A DNA stretch of 64,000 bases from an uncultured Candidatus Saccharibacteria bacterium (GTDB lineage: Bacteria > Patescibacteriota > Saccharimonadia > Saccharimonadales > Saccharimonadaceae): NCBI GenBank assembly GCA_938045445.1, contig CALIMM010000015.1:122648-186647 (forward strand). The letters are read 5' to 3'. Position numbers and translations under genes: made by a program. Within the stretch, counting starts at the first letter, position 1. Every line of letters begins with the position of its first letter. Positions 44,995 through 54,030 of this stretch are shown here, one piece after another. Under the pieces are notes generated by a model. The model was not told the origin of the DNA. It worked only from the letters and a program-made list of their open reading frames with translations, and did not search any database.

Positions 44995-45917
44995 ATGAGA
45001 ATTGCATTTTTAGGAAAGGGTGGCAGCGGCAAAACGACCCTATCGTCGCTGGCAACCCGCTTAGCGCCAGAGCTCTTTACCGAGATCTACGCTATTGACG
45101 CCGATATCAACCTGCACCTGGCGGGGGCTTTGGGCCGGACGCACGCCCAGGCCAGTGCGTTTACGCCGATCTACAAATACGTCGAGGCGACTATTCGCCA
45201 GGCGCGCCCGGAGCTGGCTGAGCTACCCAGCCTGCCCCGTACACTCCCGCCCTATAGCGACGGCGACCGCCTGCCACTTGGGTTCCAGGTGGAGCCGTGG
45301 CGCGGTCTCCCCCACCCGTGCTGCTGGAGCTTGGCTCTTACAGCCAGGAGACCATGGGCTGGTCCTGTCACCACGGGGCACTGGGCAAGCTACAGCTAGT
45401 GCTGGCCCACACGCAGGATAGCCCTGATCAGCTGATTATTGCTGATCTCACGGCTGGTGCTGATGTGTTTGGTGTTGGCATGCTGGGGCTGTTCGACATG
45501 GTGTTCGTGGCGGTTGAGCCAACCATCAAGAGCACGACCATTTACCAGCAGTTGGCCGAGCTTGCAGCCCACGATGACGTCACATTAGTGCCCGTGGGTA
45601 ATAAAATTATTGATGAAACTGACACGGCGTTTATTACTGCGCAGTTGGGCCAGGCACCGGCCTATAGCATTGGTATGTCGAATTTTGTGCGCCGGCTGGA
45701 GCGTGGCGAGCAGCTCGCAACCAGTGATATTGAGCCCACTACAGCCGCCACGGTGCGCCAGCTGCTTGCCGCAGTTGCTGCCCATACCCGCGATGACGCA
45801 GCCATGCGGGCCGCAGCCGTCAAAGCCCATATTCGCGCCGCCCAAAACTGGCCAAAGGCGAAGTTCCCGATTGACCTGCTGAGCCTGCTACCGCCCCAGG
45901 AGCGCCCCGGTGCGTAG
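44995..45917 (+). pseudogene. CooC/MinD-superfamily P-loop ATPase interrupted by a frameshift
   Basis: The N-terminal part (MRIAFLGKGGSGKTT...) is in one frame. The C-terminal part (...VLLELGSYSQETMGWSCHHG...IIADLTAGADVFG...FVAVEPTIKS) is in the frame of ORF 45297-45917. The second frame opens at 45258, and the switch must lie before about 45315 (C5 run at 45309-45313). Confidence 0.7.
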
Positions 45918-47001
45918 CCGCGGTTCTGGCGCTGCGTCGCCACAATCATCCCCCACCCACAGCCTGGCCCCCGGCCAGGTGTTGTGGCTCAGCCGGCAGG
46001 ATGTGCTGGATGCTGGTGGCGGCGATATGGCGCTGGCTACCCAGGCGGTGCAGGAAGCCTTTACGGCCTGGCGGGCTGGCCAGGCACTGCAGCCGGCTAA
46101 GACATCGCTCCGGCTAGCACACAAGCAGCAAGAGGCCCAGGCTGGTGTGGTGAATGTGCTGCCAGCTGCTGTCGCCACACCCGTGGGGACGGTGTTTGGC
46201 GTCAAGGCCCTGGGCGCGATGCCTGGTAACCTCGCCCAGAATGTGCCGCGAGCAACTGGCACCATCACCCTATTTGATGATGCCCACAAAATGCCGATTG
46301 CCATTATGGACGCCCAGGTCGTTAGCGCTATGCGCACCGGGGCGGTTAGTGCACTGGCGGCGCCCAAGCTAGTCCGTACGGATGCCCGTAGCCTGGGCTG
46401 TGTGGGGGCGGGCGTCAATATGATGACGCAAATTCGTGGCTTGCTGCATGCCTTGCCAGGTCTTGATATTATCCGCATCTATAGCCGGGGCGCCAGCAAG
46501 CACCAGTTGGCTGAGCGGCTGCGCCAGCGTTACCCGGCCCTGGCGGTCAGTGCCGTTGATAGTGCCGACGCTGCCGCCGCCGATGCCGATATCGTTGTAA
46601 CCTGCGCGGCTAATGTTAATCAGCCAGTGGTGCCCCTGCAGGCGGTGAACCGGCCGGGGATGACGATATGTAACATCGGCTGCCTCGAAAATGAGCCCCA
46701 GCTGCTGGCCCATATGGATGTGATTGTATCTGATAACTGGCAGCAGAGTAAGCACCGCGGCGTGCAGACCCACGCGGTGGCCTTTAGCCAGGGTATTATT
46801 GCCGATAGCGACGTTACCAACCTAGGTGATATCCTGGCTGGCCAGGCACCAGGCCGCACCACCCCGGCGCAGAAGGTCTTCTTTGGCCCGACTGGCCTGG
46901 GGATTGAAGACATCAGCCTGGCGGCGCATATCTACACCCAAGCCCTGGCGCGAGGCTGCGGCACCGTGCTTGACTTATGGAGTAACCAGCCGTGGATATA
47001 G
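45910..47001 (+). CDS. Ornithine cyclodeaminase/mu-crystallin family protein
   Basis: VLWLSRQDVLDAG...AVQEAFTAW and the Rossmann segment LGCVGAGVNMMTQIRGL...IRIYSR are family-typical. SD AGGAG (45898-45902) is 7 nt before GTG 45910, which overlaps the upstream stop. Confidence 0.8.
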   Translation: MRSRGSGAASPQSSPTHSLAPGQVLWLSRQDVLDAGGGDMALATQAVQEAFTAWRAGQALQPAKTSLRLAHKQQEAQAGVVNVLPAAVATPVGTVFGVKALGAMPGNLAQNVPRATGTITLFDDAHKMPIAIMDAQVVSAMRTGAVSALAAPKLVRTDARSLGCVGAGVNMMTQIRGLLHALPGLDIIRIYSRGASKHQLAERLRQRYPALAVSAVDSADAAAADADIVVTCAANVNQPVVPLQAVNRPGMTICNIGCLENEPQLLAHMDVIVSDNWQQSKHRGVQTHAVAFSQGIIADSDVTNLGDILAGQAPGRTTPAQKVFFGPTGLGIEDISLAAHIYTQALARGCGTVLDLWSNQPWI

Positions 47002-48395
47002 CGGCCCTGGCGCAGTGGACGAGCGCCCTGCAGGCCCTGACGCCGCCCCAGCAGCGTGAGCTCACCCAGCAGCTGGCCAGCATCCCACCGATTACAATTG
47101 CCGGCAAGCAGGCTAGTGTGCTGCTGGCTCCCCTGCCCCTGACGCCGCCAGCCGCGGCCCAGCTTACCCAGGCCATCTATACCCTGCAGGATGCCCTGGT
47201 GGCGATTGAATCCCACCCAAGCTTTATGCCTGGCCAGGTGGTGTACGACCGGCTGTACCAGTCGCTCAGTGCCCAGGGTAAATATTTGGTCGATCACGCG
47301 CCGCCGGTTAGCCCACGCACCATGCGCCGCCGCTTTCGCCGGATTGATGGCTTTTTGCCGCTTGCGCCCCACAGCCCTGGGCCGCAGTTTATTGAGGTGA
47401 ATCAATCCGCGCCCTTAGCAATCAGCTTTTATGAGCGTGCCCGCCAGGCGCTCGCTATAGCTGCCGGGTACGTACCGGCTGTTCAGGCCGCCCCGGCCCC
47501 TAGCGCACCGAACACACCGGGCGTGGCTGATTCGCCATCACTCTACGCAGCGCTGGCAGACTGGTTTATAGACGCTGCCCCGGGCCGATCAAGCCTGACG
47601 GTGGCCGTGAGCATGGAGCGTGGCTACCCAGCAAAGTTTGTCGATCTACCCACCGCCACCGCTGGCATTACCCAGGCTGCCCGGGAGCGTGGTGTAGAGA
47701 TTCGCTTTGTGCTGGCGCAGCCGCCGGAATTTGGCTACCAATCGGGGCGCATGACGGTGCGTGGCCATAGCTTTGATGTGCTGTGGCGTAATACCGTGTA
47801 CCTGGCGAATTATGATGTCGATATTGCCGACTACCAGGCTATCCGCTACAGCCCGGCTGTGGTGCAGCAGAATGACCTGCGGGCCTGGCTGCTGCGCTCG
47901 AAGGAGCTCTTTGCCCTCGCGTGGGACGATACGGTGCAGGCGGTGCTCGCTGATATGGGGGTGGATGTGGCGGCCCTGCGGCGCATCATGCCACCGACCT
48001 ATAGCCTGGCAGCAGCCCAGCAGCTGGATTGGCAGCACACCCACCGCCGGCAGGACTATATTGCAAAACGCTGCGACGATGGCTTTGGCCAGGGGCTGGT
48101 GTTTGGCCACCAGTGCACGGCAAGCCAGTGGCACACCCTGCTGGCAGGCAGCCGCGGCCAGGATTGGGTGGTGCAGCGGCTGGTGCCAGTTGCCCCGGTG
48201 GAGGTGCCGCTGTATACACCAGGCCATGGCATCCACACCCAGGCAGTCACGCTTGATTGCAACCCCTACACCGCTAGCGGTAAGCTGGCCGGGGTGCTCG
48301 CCCGGGCAATGCCGGCAGCACAGCAAACGGCTGGCCCGCAGGCTATGAATATTGTGGCGGGGGCGGCCATCGGTGCCTATACTGGCGTGGTATAG
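46992..48395 (+). CDS. ATP-grasp-like ligase (glutathionylspermidine-synthase / circularly permuted ATP-grasp type)
   Basis: RRIDGFLP...GPQFIEVNQSAPLAISFYE, NDLRAWLLRSKELFALAWD, DYIAKRCDDGFGQGLVF and DWVVQRLVP resemble the conserved blocks of GspS-like/CP-ATP-grasp enzymes, recalled from memory. GTG 46992 overlaps the OCD stop by 10 nt. Confidence 0.55.
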   Translation: MDIAALAQWTSALQALTPPQQRELTQQLASIPPITIAGKQASVLLAPLPLTPPAAAQLTQAIYTLQDALVAIESHPSFMPGQVVYDRLYQSLSAQGKYLVDHAPPVSPRTMRRRFRRIDGFLPLAPHSPGPQFIEVNQSAPLAISFYERARQALAIAAGYVPAVQAAPAPSAPNTPGVADSPSLYAALADWFIDAAPGRSSLTVAVSMERGYPAKFVDLPTATAGITQAARERGVEIRFVLAQPPEFGYQSGRMTVRGHSFDVLWRNTVYLANYDVDIADYQAIRYSPAVVQQNDLRAWLLRSKELFALAWDDTVQAVLADMGVDVAALRRIMPPTYSLAAAQQLDWQHTHRRQDYIAKRCDDGFGQGLVFGHQCTASQWHTLLAGSRGQDWVVQRLVPVAPVEVPLYTPGHGIHTQAVTLDCNPYTASGKLAGVLARAMPAAQQTAGPQAMNIVAGAAIGAYTGVV

Positions 48396-48952
48396 ACGCG
48401 CTGGCTGGTATCGGCCAGGGTGCCCGCCACAAACTGCTCTACCAGGGCGGTAGTGGCTGGGATGATGGCTGTATTGAGTGCCTCCTGCTCTGCTTGGCTG
48501 AGGGGCTTGAGCACAAAGGTCGCATCGCCCATGCGCCGCCGCAGCGGGTTGTGGATACCAATCCGCAGCCGCGCGTAGCCTTGGCCCAGGTGGGCATTGA
48601 GCGATTTAATACCATTATTGCCAGCATCGCTACCACTGTGGCGCACACGAATGATGCCAAATTCCAGCGCTAGCTCGTCATGGATAACAAGCACGTCACT
48701 AAGCGATACTTTATAAAAATCCATAATTGCCCGAGCCGCCCGGCCGGTATCGTTATAAAAGGTGGTTGGCTTAGCCAGCAGCACTGGCTGGCCAGCAATG
48801 GTAGCACTGGCGGTGGCGGCGTGCAGCTTGGGCTTGGTGGCAAACTGGGCGCCGTGCGCGTGGGCCAGCGCGTCCAGGCACTGCCAGCCAATATTATGGC
48901 GGGTGCGGGCGTACTCGCTGCCAGGGTTGCCTTGGGCGAAGAGTAATTTCAT
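48377..48952 (-). CDS. pth: Peptidyl-tRNA hydrolase
   Basis: MKLLFAQGNPGSEYARTRHNIGW...VIHDELALEFG...GSDAGNNGIKS. TATACT lies 7 nt upstream. Confidence 0.92.
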   Translation of the reverse strand: MKLLFAQGNPGSEYARTRHNIGWQCLDALAHAHGAQFATKPKLHAATASATIAGQPVLLAKPTTFYNDTGRAARAIMDFYKVSLSDVLVIHDELALEFGIIRVRHSGSDAGNNGIKSLNAHLGQGYARLRIGIHNPLRRRMGDATFVLKPLSQAEQEALNTAIIPATTALVEQFVAGTLADTSQRVYTTPV

Positions 48953-49212
48953 ACGTATTAGTATAGCATGGATGAGGTCTTGTCGTGGCTGTAGTGCAAG
49001 GCTGCGATTATATAAAAAGCATTAGCACCATTGCTGGTGCTATAACTGAACCGAAAATGTTCCGGCTAGATTATACTACAGCGATCATTCGCCTGCTGTA
49101 TGGCTGGCCTCCATATATTTTCTTGTTCAACTTTTCACCGTACCCCAGTAGTCTTGCTATCAAGATGCCCGTTAGAGCGAGCGGGCATGCCCTGCCATGC
49201 TATACTAAACTC

Positions 49213-50181
49213 ATGGCCCAGCGCGATAACGATCTTGAATTTAGCCTCAATGCTGCCTTTGATGAGCAGCGCACCCAGCCTGGCCTGGTACCACTCTACC
49301 TCATCAATGGCTCGCTCGGGGCGGGCAAGACAAGCGTGCTGGAGTATCTTTTGCGTCAGCCGGAGTTTGCTGGCTCGCGCGTGATTGAGAATGAATATGC
49401 CAACGAGAATGTCGATGGCTACCGGCTAGAAGGCCTGGCGGAGCTTGTAACGACGCTGGCGGGCGACTGCGTGTGCTGCTCGTCCAAGCATGCCTTGACG
49501 CGCATGCTGCTGGATTTTTGCCAGTCGTCCCCTGCCCCAGTTTTTATCGAGGCAACAGGGGTCGCGCGGACGATGAACTTGGTGGAGAAGCTCATCAATG
49601 CCCGGATCTTCGACAAATACGAGCTGCTGCAGAGCTATTATGTCATCACGGCGCACGAGATTTTGCACGGTATTGAGCCAGCCCACGAGGTGGAGCTGCA
49701 AGCCGCCGATACAATCCTTATTACCAAAGAAGATCTTCTGCACGGTGATGATCGCACTACCTATGATACCAAGCGCCGCGCCCTGCCCTACGCGCGGGTG
49801 CTGTCTGCGCCGCATGGGTATTTTGACCTTAGTAAGATCACAACGCCGTCGAGTCTGCTCACCTTCTTCGATACCTATGATGGCGAGCTTGCCGTGCCAG
49901 ATAACCCAACCTATAGCGTCATCGATATGTCGCAGCTCACTGCTACCGAGGCAGCCTTTGAGACGCTGTGGCTCGAGCTCTTTGCGACGTATGAGCTGCG
50001 CCGGCTCAAGGGGTGCTTTATTGATGAGCATGGCGCGCGCCGGCACATCGAGGCTACGCCTGAGCAAATTCAGATCACCACTGGCCAGTCTGGCGAAGCA
50101 CCCAAGCTGGTATGTATTGGTACCCATGCCAGCAGCATCACCCGCGATGGGTTGGCGGCGCAGCTGATGATGTTTGGGTAA
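49213..50181 (+). CDS. CobW/YjiA/ZigA-type G3E GTPase (metallochaperone family)
   Basis: The P-loop is INGSLGAGKTS and the metal-binding CxCC is GDCVCCS. TATACT (49201-49206) lies 6 nt before ATG 49213. The track's upstream extension is not protein-like. Confidence 0.85.
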   Translation: MAQRDNDLEFSLNAAFDEQRTQPGLVPLYLINGSLGAGKTSVLEYLLRQPEFAGSRVIENEYANENVDGYRLEGLAELVTTLAGDCVCCSSKHALTRMLLDFCQSSPAPVFIEATGVARTMNLVEKLINARIFDKYELLQSYYVITAHEILHGIEPAHEVELQAADTILITKEDLLHGDDRTTYDTKRRALPYARVLSAPHGYFDLSKITTPSSLLTFFDTYDGELAVPDNPTYSVIDMSQLTATEAAFETLWLELFATYELRRLKGCFIDEHGARRHIEATPEQIQITTGQSGEAPKLVCIGTHASSITRDGLAAQLMMFG

Positions 50182-50556
50182 GGTAGGCCTGAGGAGTCTC
50201 TCGGGCTTATCCACTAACTCCACTGGTAGGATCTATTGCAGAGGATGAGGGTTGATTATTATTGGCTTGGATGTAAAAATTTTTCCTCTTTTGCGTCATT
50301 CTCTCTTCTCTGTAGCGCCAGTACGAGAGGTTGGTATTGAGTCTTATATACATCAGAGGAGGATGATATGGCAAGAAGCAGTATCGAAAGATAGATCTAT
50401 ACCATAATAAAACCCCACCTACCCCTACTTTGTTGCACGCAAAAACAGAGGTAGATGGGTGTGATATTATGGGTCTTGCGATTTCTTAGCCCTTCCTTAA
50501 GCGAGGAGTATTCGTCGACCTGGATTGCTTGGCCGTATAGGCCACTAGAAGCCACA

Positions 50557-50763
50557 CTACTGATTCTTATCAAGGAATTCGCTCAGCTTCTCATCGATCG
50601 ATGTGAGCGATTGGCTCATCTGATTGACTCGCCGGACGAACCAAACAAGTAGCCAAATAGCCACCACAAATAGCACAACATGGAAGGCGACGGCCGACCA
50701 AAAAAGCGCATTTGCCTCGGGCGCGCGAATCAACAAAGCAAAATAAGCTGGTATATGAGTCAT
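50557..50763 (-). CDS. Small membrane protein (68 aa)
   Basis: SD AAGGAG lies 7 nt before ATG 50763. There are two hydrophobic helices, then SLTSIDEKLSEFLDKNQ. Confidence 0.55.
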   Translation of the reverse strand: MTHIPAYFALLIRAPEANALFWSAVAFHVVLFVVAIWLLVWFVRRVNQMSQSLTSIDEKLSEFLDKNQ

Positions 50764-50806
50764 GGTACAACTCCTTGTGTTATTAGTTATTACTGAATGT
50801 TGTTTG

Positions 50807-50844
50807 CCCACCCAGCCTTATGTTACACAATAAGGCTGGGTGGG
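50807..50844 (-). terminator. 14-bp perfect hairpin after the secreted-protein gene (no U-tract)
   Basis: CCCACCCAGCCTTA (50807-50820) pairs with TAAGGCTGGGTGGG (50831-50844). Confidence 0.4.
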
Positions 50845-50855
50845 CGTTCCGGTGG

Positions 50856-51194
50856 CTAGTCCAGCTTCAGGCAGGACCAGCCCTCAGCGAGCGCGGCGTT
50901 CGTTACCTCGGCCTTGGAACCGGGGTAGAATCGGTTGCAGTAGCCCTGGATGTCGACACTACCAGCCGACCCAAACGACACACCGAACGGGAACGTGTAC
51001 GACATGTCGTAACACGTCCATGTGTACGGCTCGCCGAAGAAGTTGTAGACACCGGAGTGCCCCTGCAGGCGGCAAGCCTCCTCAATATCCGCCGGCCACT
51101 CGCCGTCGGCGGCGTTCGCCGGCGAGCTCAAAACGAACCCGCCCACCGCCAACGCAGCGGTAGCACCCAAGGACGCGATCTTCCGGAACTTCAT
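50856..51194 (-). CDS. Small secreted Cys-containing protein (112 aa)
   Basis: SD GAGGAGG. The signal peptide is MKFRKIASLGATAALAVGGFVLSSPANA. The mature part has four Cys. Confidence 0.7.
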   Translation of the reverse strand: MKFRKIASLGATAALAVGGFVLSSPANAADGEWPADIEEACRLQGHSGVYNFFGEPYTWTCYDMSYTFPFGVSFGSAGSVDIQGYCNRFYPGSKAEVTNAALAEGWSCLKLD

Positions 51195-51473
51195 GTTATC
51201 CTCCTCTAGGATTCCAGGAGCCCAAGATTTTTGGGCTCAACCAACATGACGATTTGATTGTAGCTGATATATATATATCAATACTTGTTATGATATATTG
51301 CAATAATACGGTAAAATAACAGTGGTAAGTGCTGTCTATTCTACAACGATTTTGTTCGAAAATAGGCGAACATGGTCAGGGCTATGCACCAACAGGAAGA
51401 GAACGATACATACTCTACTAATTATGCCATAAAACACCCTAAGATAGGTTGCCCTGCAAGCGTCAGAAAGCAC

Positions 51474-52904
51474 TTACAAACGGCTCTTGCCTGGGCCCTG
51501 TGTGCTTTGCCCTTCGGCATTCTTGCGCTGCTTATATGCTTTCGTCACAGGTTCGAGACCGCGCTTGACGCGCTCGCGGTTGGCTTTGAGCTGCTTCTCG
51601 TCGCGGAAGGAGAGCTTGATGGGGGTGCCAGTGTAGTCGTAGGTGTCGCGGATGCGCCGCTCGAGGTAGCGCTTGTAGCTCCAGTGGACGAACTTGAGGT
51701 TGCTGCCGTAGATAACGAACCATGGTGGGTTGGTGTCTGTCTGGACGATGTAGCGCAGCTTGGGGTGGGTATTCTTGAGGCCAGCTGGTGGGTGCTTCTG
51801 CACAGAGCGCTGCAGGAGGTCGTTGAGGGTGCGCGTGGTGGTCTTTTGCTGGCGATGAGCAGCAATGCCAAGGGCGAGGTCGAATAATTTCGTCACATTC
51901 TGGCCCGTAACAGCACTGGTGAAGATGAGTGGTGCCCATGGTGTGAAGTCGAACTGGGCGGAGATCTGCGGGGCGAGTGCATCGCGCGTGTAGGCATCTT
52001 TGCCTTCCACGGCGTCCCATTTGCTCACGACGATGGCCATGCCCTTGCCTGCCTCGGCAATGATACCTGCAAGCCGCTGGTCGAGGGCGGTGTTGAGCTC
52101 GTTCACATCCATCAGGAGGAAGCAGATGTCAGCCTCCTCGATGGCAGCCAGGGTGCGCAAGACGCTAAATTTCTCGATGCCCACCTCCTGCTTGCCTTGG
52201 CGGCGAATGCCGGCGGTGTCGAGCAGCTCGATGGTTTGCCCCTGGTAGCGCAGGCGGATGCGATTGACATCGCGCGTGGTGCCTGCTACCCCAGCCACGA
52301 TGGCCTGCTGCTTGCCTGCCAGGGTGTTGAAGAGGCTGGATTTGCCGACATTGGGCCGGCCGATCAACGCAATCTTGAGCACATCACTTGGCTCTGCTTG
52401 GCGCTTCTCTGGGATGTGCTGGCAAATCTCATCCAGCGCATCGCTAATACCACTGTTGTGCTCGGCACTGGTACGGATGATACTCTTGATGCCAAGGCGG
52501 AGGAATTCACTGGTGGGCAGGCTGCCCCGCAGGTCGGTTTTGTTGGCGATGAGAATGACGGGTTTGCGGCTCTTGAGGGCGGTCTTGGCAACGCGCCGGT
52601 CTTCGTCACTGGGGTATTCGGTGCTATCCACCACCACGAGAATGACGTCGGCCGCGTCGGATGCATCGGTGATTTGCTCTTGGATACTTGCCTCAAACTC
52701 GTCTTCTGCTGGCTTGAGGCCAGCGGTGTCGACCAGCCAGAACTCATGCCCATGGTAGGCTGCCTTGCCCACCACCCGATCGCGCGTCGTACCGGCCTCG
52801 CGTGCCACGATAGCCTGCTGCGAGCGCATCATACGATTAAACAGCGAGCTCTTGCCAGCATTGGCACGCCCGATGATTGCAACGGTAGGAAGTTTGGTAG
52901 CCAT
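51474..52904 (-). CDS. der: Ribosome-biogenesis GTPase Der (EngA)
   Basis: There are two tandem G domains (GRANAGKSSLFN ... DTAG ... NKTD; GRPNVGKSSLFN ... DTAG ... SKWD) plus a KH-like C-terminus. TATAAT lies 9 nt upstream. Confidence 0.93.
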   Translation of the reverse strand: MATKLPTVAIIGRANAGKSSLFNRMMRSQQAIVAREAGTTRDRVVGKAAYHGHEFWLVDTAGLKPAEDEFEASIQEQITDASDAADVILVVVDSTEYPSDEDRRVAKTALKSRKPVILIANKTDLRGSLPTSEFLRLGIKSIIRTSAEHNSGISDALDEICQHIPEKRQAEPSDVLKIALIGRPNVGKSSLFNTLAGKQQAIVAGVAGTTRDVNRIRLRYQGQTIELLDTAGIRRQGKQEVGIEKFSVLRTLAAIEEADICFLLMDVNELNTALDQRLAGIIAEAGKGMAIVVSKWDAVEGKDAYTRDALAPQISAQFDFTPWAPLIFTSAVTGQNVTKLFDLALGIAAHRQQKTTTRTLNDLLQRSVQKHPPAGLKNTHPKLRYIVQTDTNPPWFVIYGSNLKFVHWSYKRYLERRIRDTYDYTGTPIKLSFRDEKQLKANRERVKRGLEPVTKAYKQRKNAEGQSTQGPGKSRL

Positions 52905-52951
52905 AATGCTCTCATTATATCATGAAAGCGCGCGAGCAGATTTGCAGCGCC

Positions 52952-53635
52952 CTACTGCTCGGCCACATCCTGCCACTTGCCTCGTGGTAGCTTGCCCAGG
53001 CTATAGCTGCCAAAGTGTGTGCGGTGCAGACGCACCACGGTGTAGCCTAGGGCAGCGAAGGTACGGCGGATCTGGCGGTTGCGGCCTTCACTCATGCTAA
53101 TGTGCCACTCGGTGCGGCTATCGGGCCGAAGACGAGTGAGGATGAGCCGGCTGGTGCCATCGGCCAGCTGGATGCCGTAGTCGCTGATCATCTGCTGGTG
53201 GAGGGGTTCAAGCGGGTGGTCGAGCCGGACGCGGTATTCTTTGACCTTGGCAAACTGCGGATGGGTCATGCGGTAAGCAAAGTCGCCATTGTTGCTGAGC
53301 AAAAGCAGGCCCGAGCTATCGGCATCGAGCCGGCCAACGGGCTTAAGCGTGTGCAATTCTGGCGGCAAAAGGCTGTAGATGGTCGGCTGCGACCCCTGTT
53401 GCTTGCGCGAGCAGACGTAGCCTACTGGCTTGTTGAGCATGATAGTGCGATAAGTAACCTGCTTGGGCAGTGGCGCGCCCTTGACTGCTACCAGGCTGCC
53501 TGGCTGGAGGCGGGCACCGAGCACAGCTACCTCGCCATCAACCACGACGTCTCCAGCGGCGATCAGGTCATCCGCTTGGCGGCGCGACAGGCCCAGCACA
53601 AGAGCAATGTGTTTGTTGAGGCGAGTAGTCGACAT
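52952..53635 (-). CDS. RsuA/RluB-family rRNA pseudouridine synthase
   Basis: The S4 domain is RLNKHIALVLGLSRRQADDLI. The catalytic motif is GRLDADSSGLLLLSNNG. TATAAT lies 6 nt upstream. Confidence 0.9.
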   Translation of the reverse strand: MSTTRLNKHIALVLGLSRRQADDLIAAGDVVVDGEVAVLGARLQPGSLVAVKGAPLPKQVTYRTIMLNKPVGYVCSRKQQGSQPTIYSLLPPELHTLKPVGRLDADSSGLLLLSNNGDFAYRMTHPQFAKVKEYRVRLDHPLEPLHQQMISDYGIQLADGTSRLILTRLRPDSRTEWHISMSEGRNRQIRRTFAALGYTVVRLHRTHFGSYSLGKLPRGKWQDVAEQ

Positions 53636-53701
53636 GCCCCTATTATATCACCCAGGACGTGCTGGCCGAAGGCTCGGCTCTGCGCTCATAACTCTCTCGG
53701 C

Positions 53702-53980
53702 TTAATGCTGATGGGTATGATGCGACCACGGCCGAGTAACCGCTGAAACAATGCTCCGCGTGCCGCGGAGAGCAGCCTTGCCAATGGCACGAATGCATGT
53801 GAAAAGTGGGCTATGTTTGACTTCTGGCACAACCAGTGGGTACTCAAGCGATGGATGCTGGCGGCTATCGGCTTGTAGTGGATCATTGCATCGCGTAGCA
53901 GGGCCAGTGACAGGGTCATCGGTAGGTTGTTCATGGAATGGGTAGTCGAATGGTGATCGATCGGGCATAACAGGCTCCAT
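53702..53980 (-). CDS. Doubtful hypothetical ORF (92 aa)
   Basis: It fills the gap between the response regulator and the pseudouridine synthase. A TATACT lies at 54001-53996 on the minus strand. The composition is low-complexity. Confidence 0.3.
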   Translation of the reverse strand: MEPVMPDRSPFDYPFHEQPTDDPVTGPATRCNDPLQADSRQHPSLEYPLVVPEVKHSPLFTCIRAIGKAALRGTRSIVSAVTRPWSHHTHQH

Positions 53981-54030
53981 GCATGATGATTACCTAGTAT
54001 AGCACGCGTGAAGCGATATGGATACGCTTT

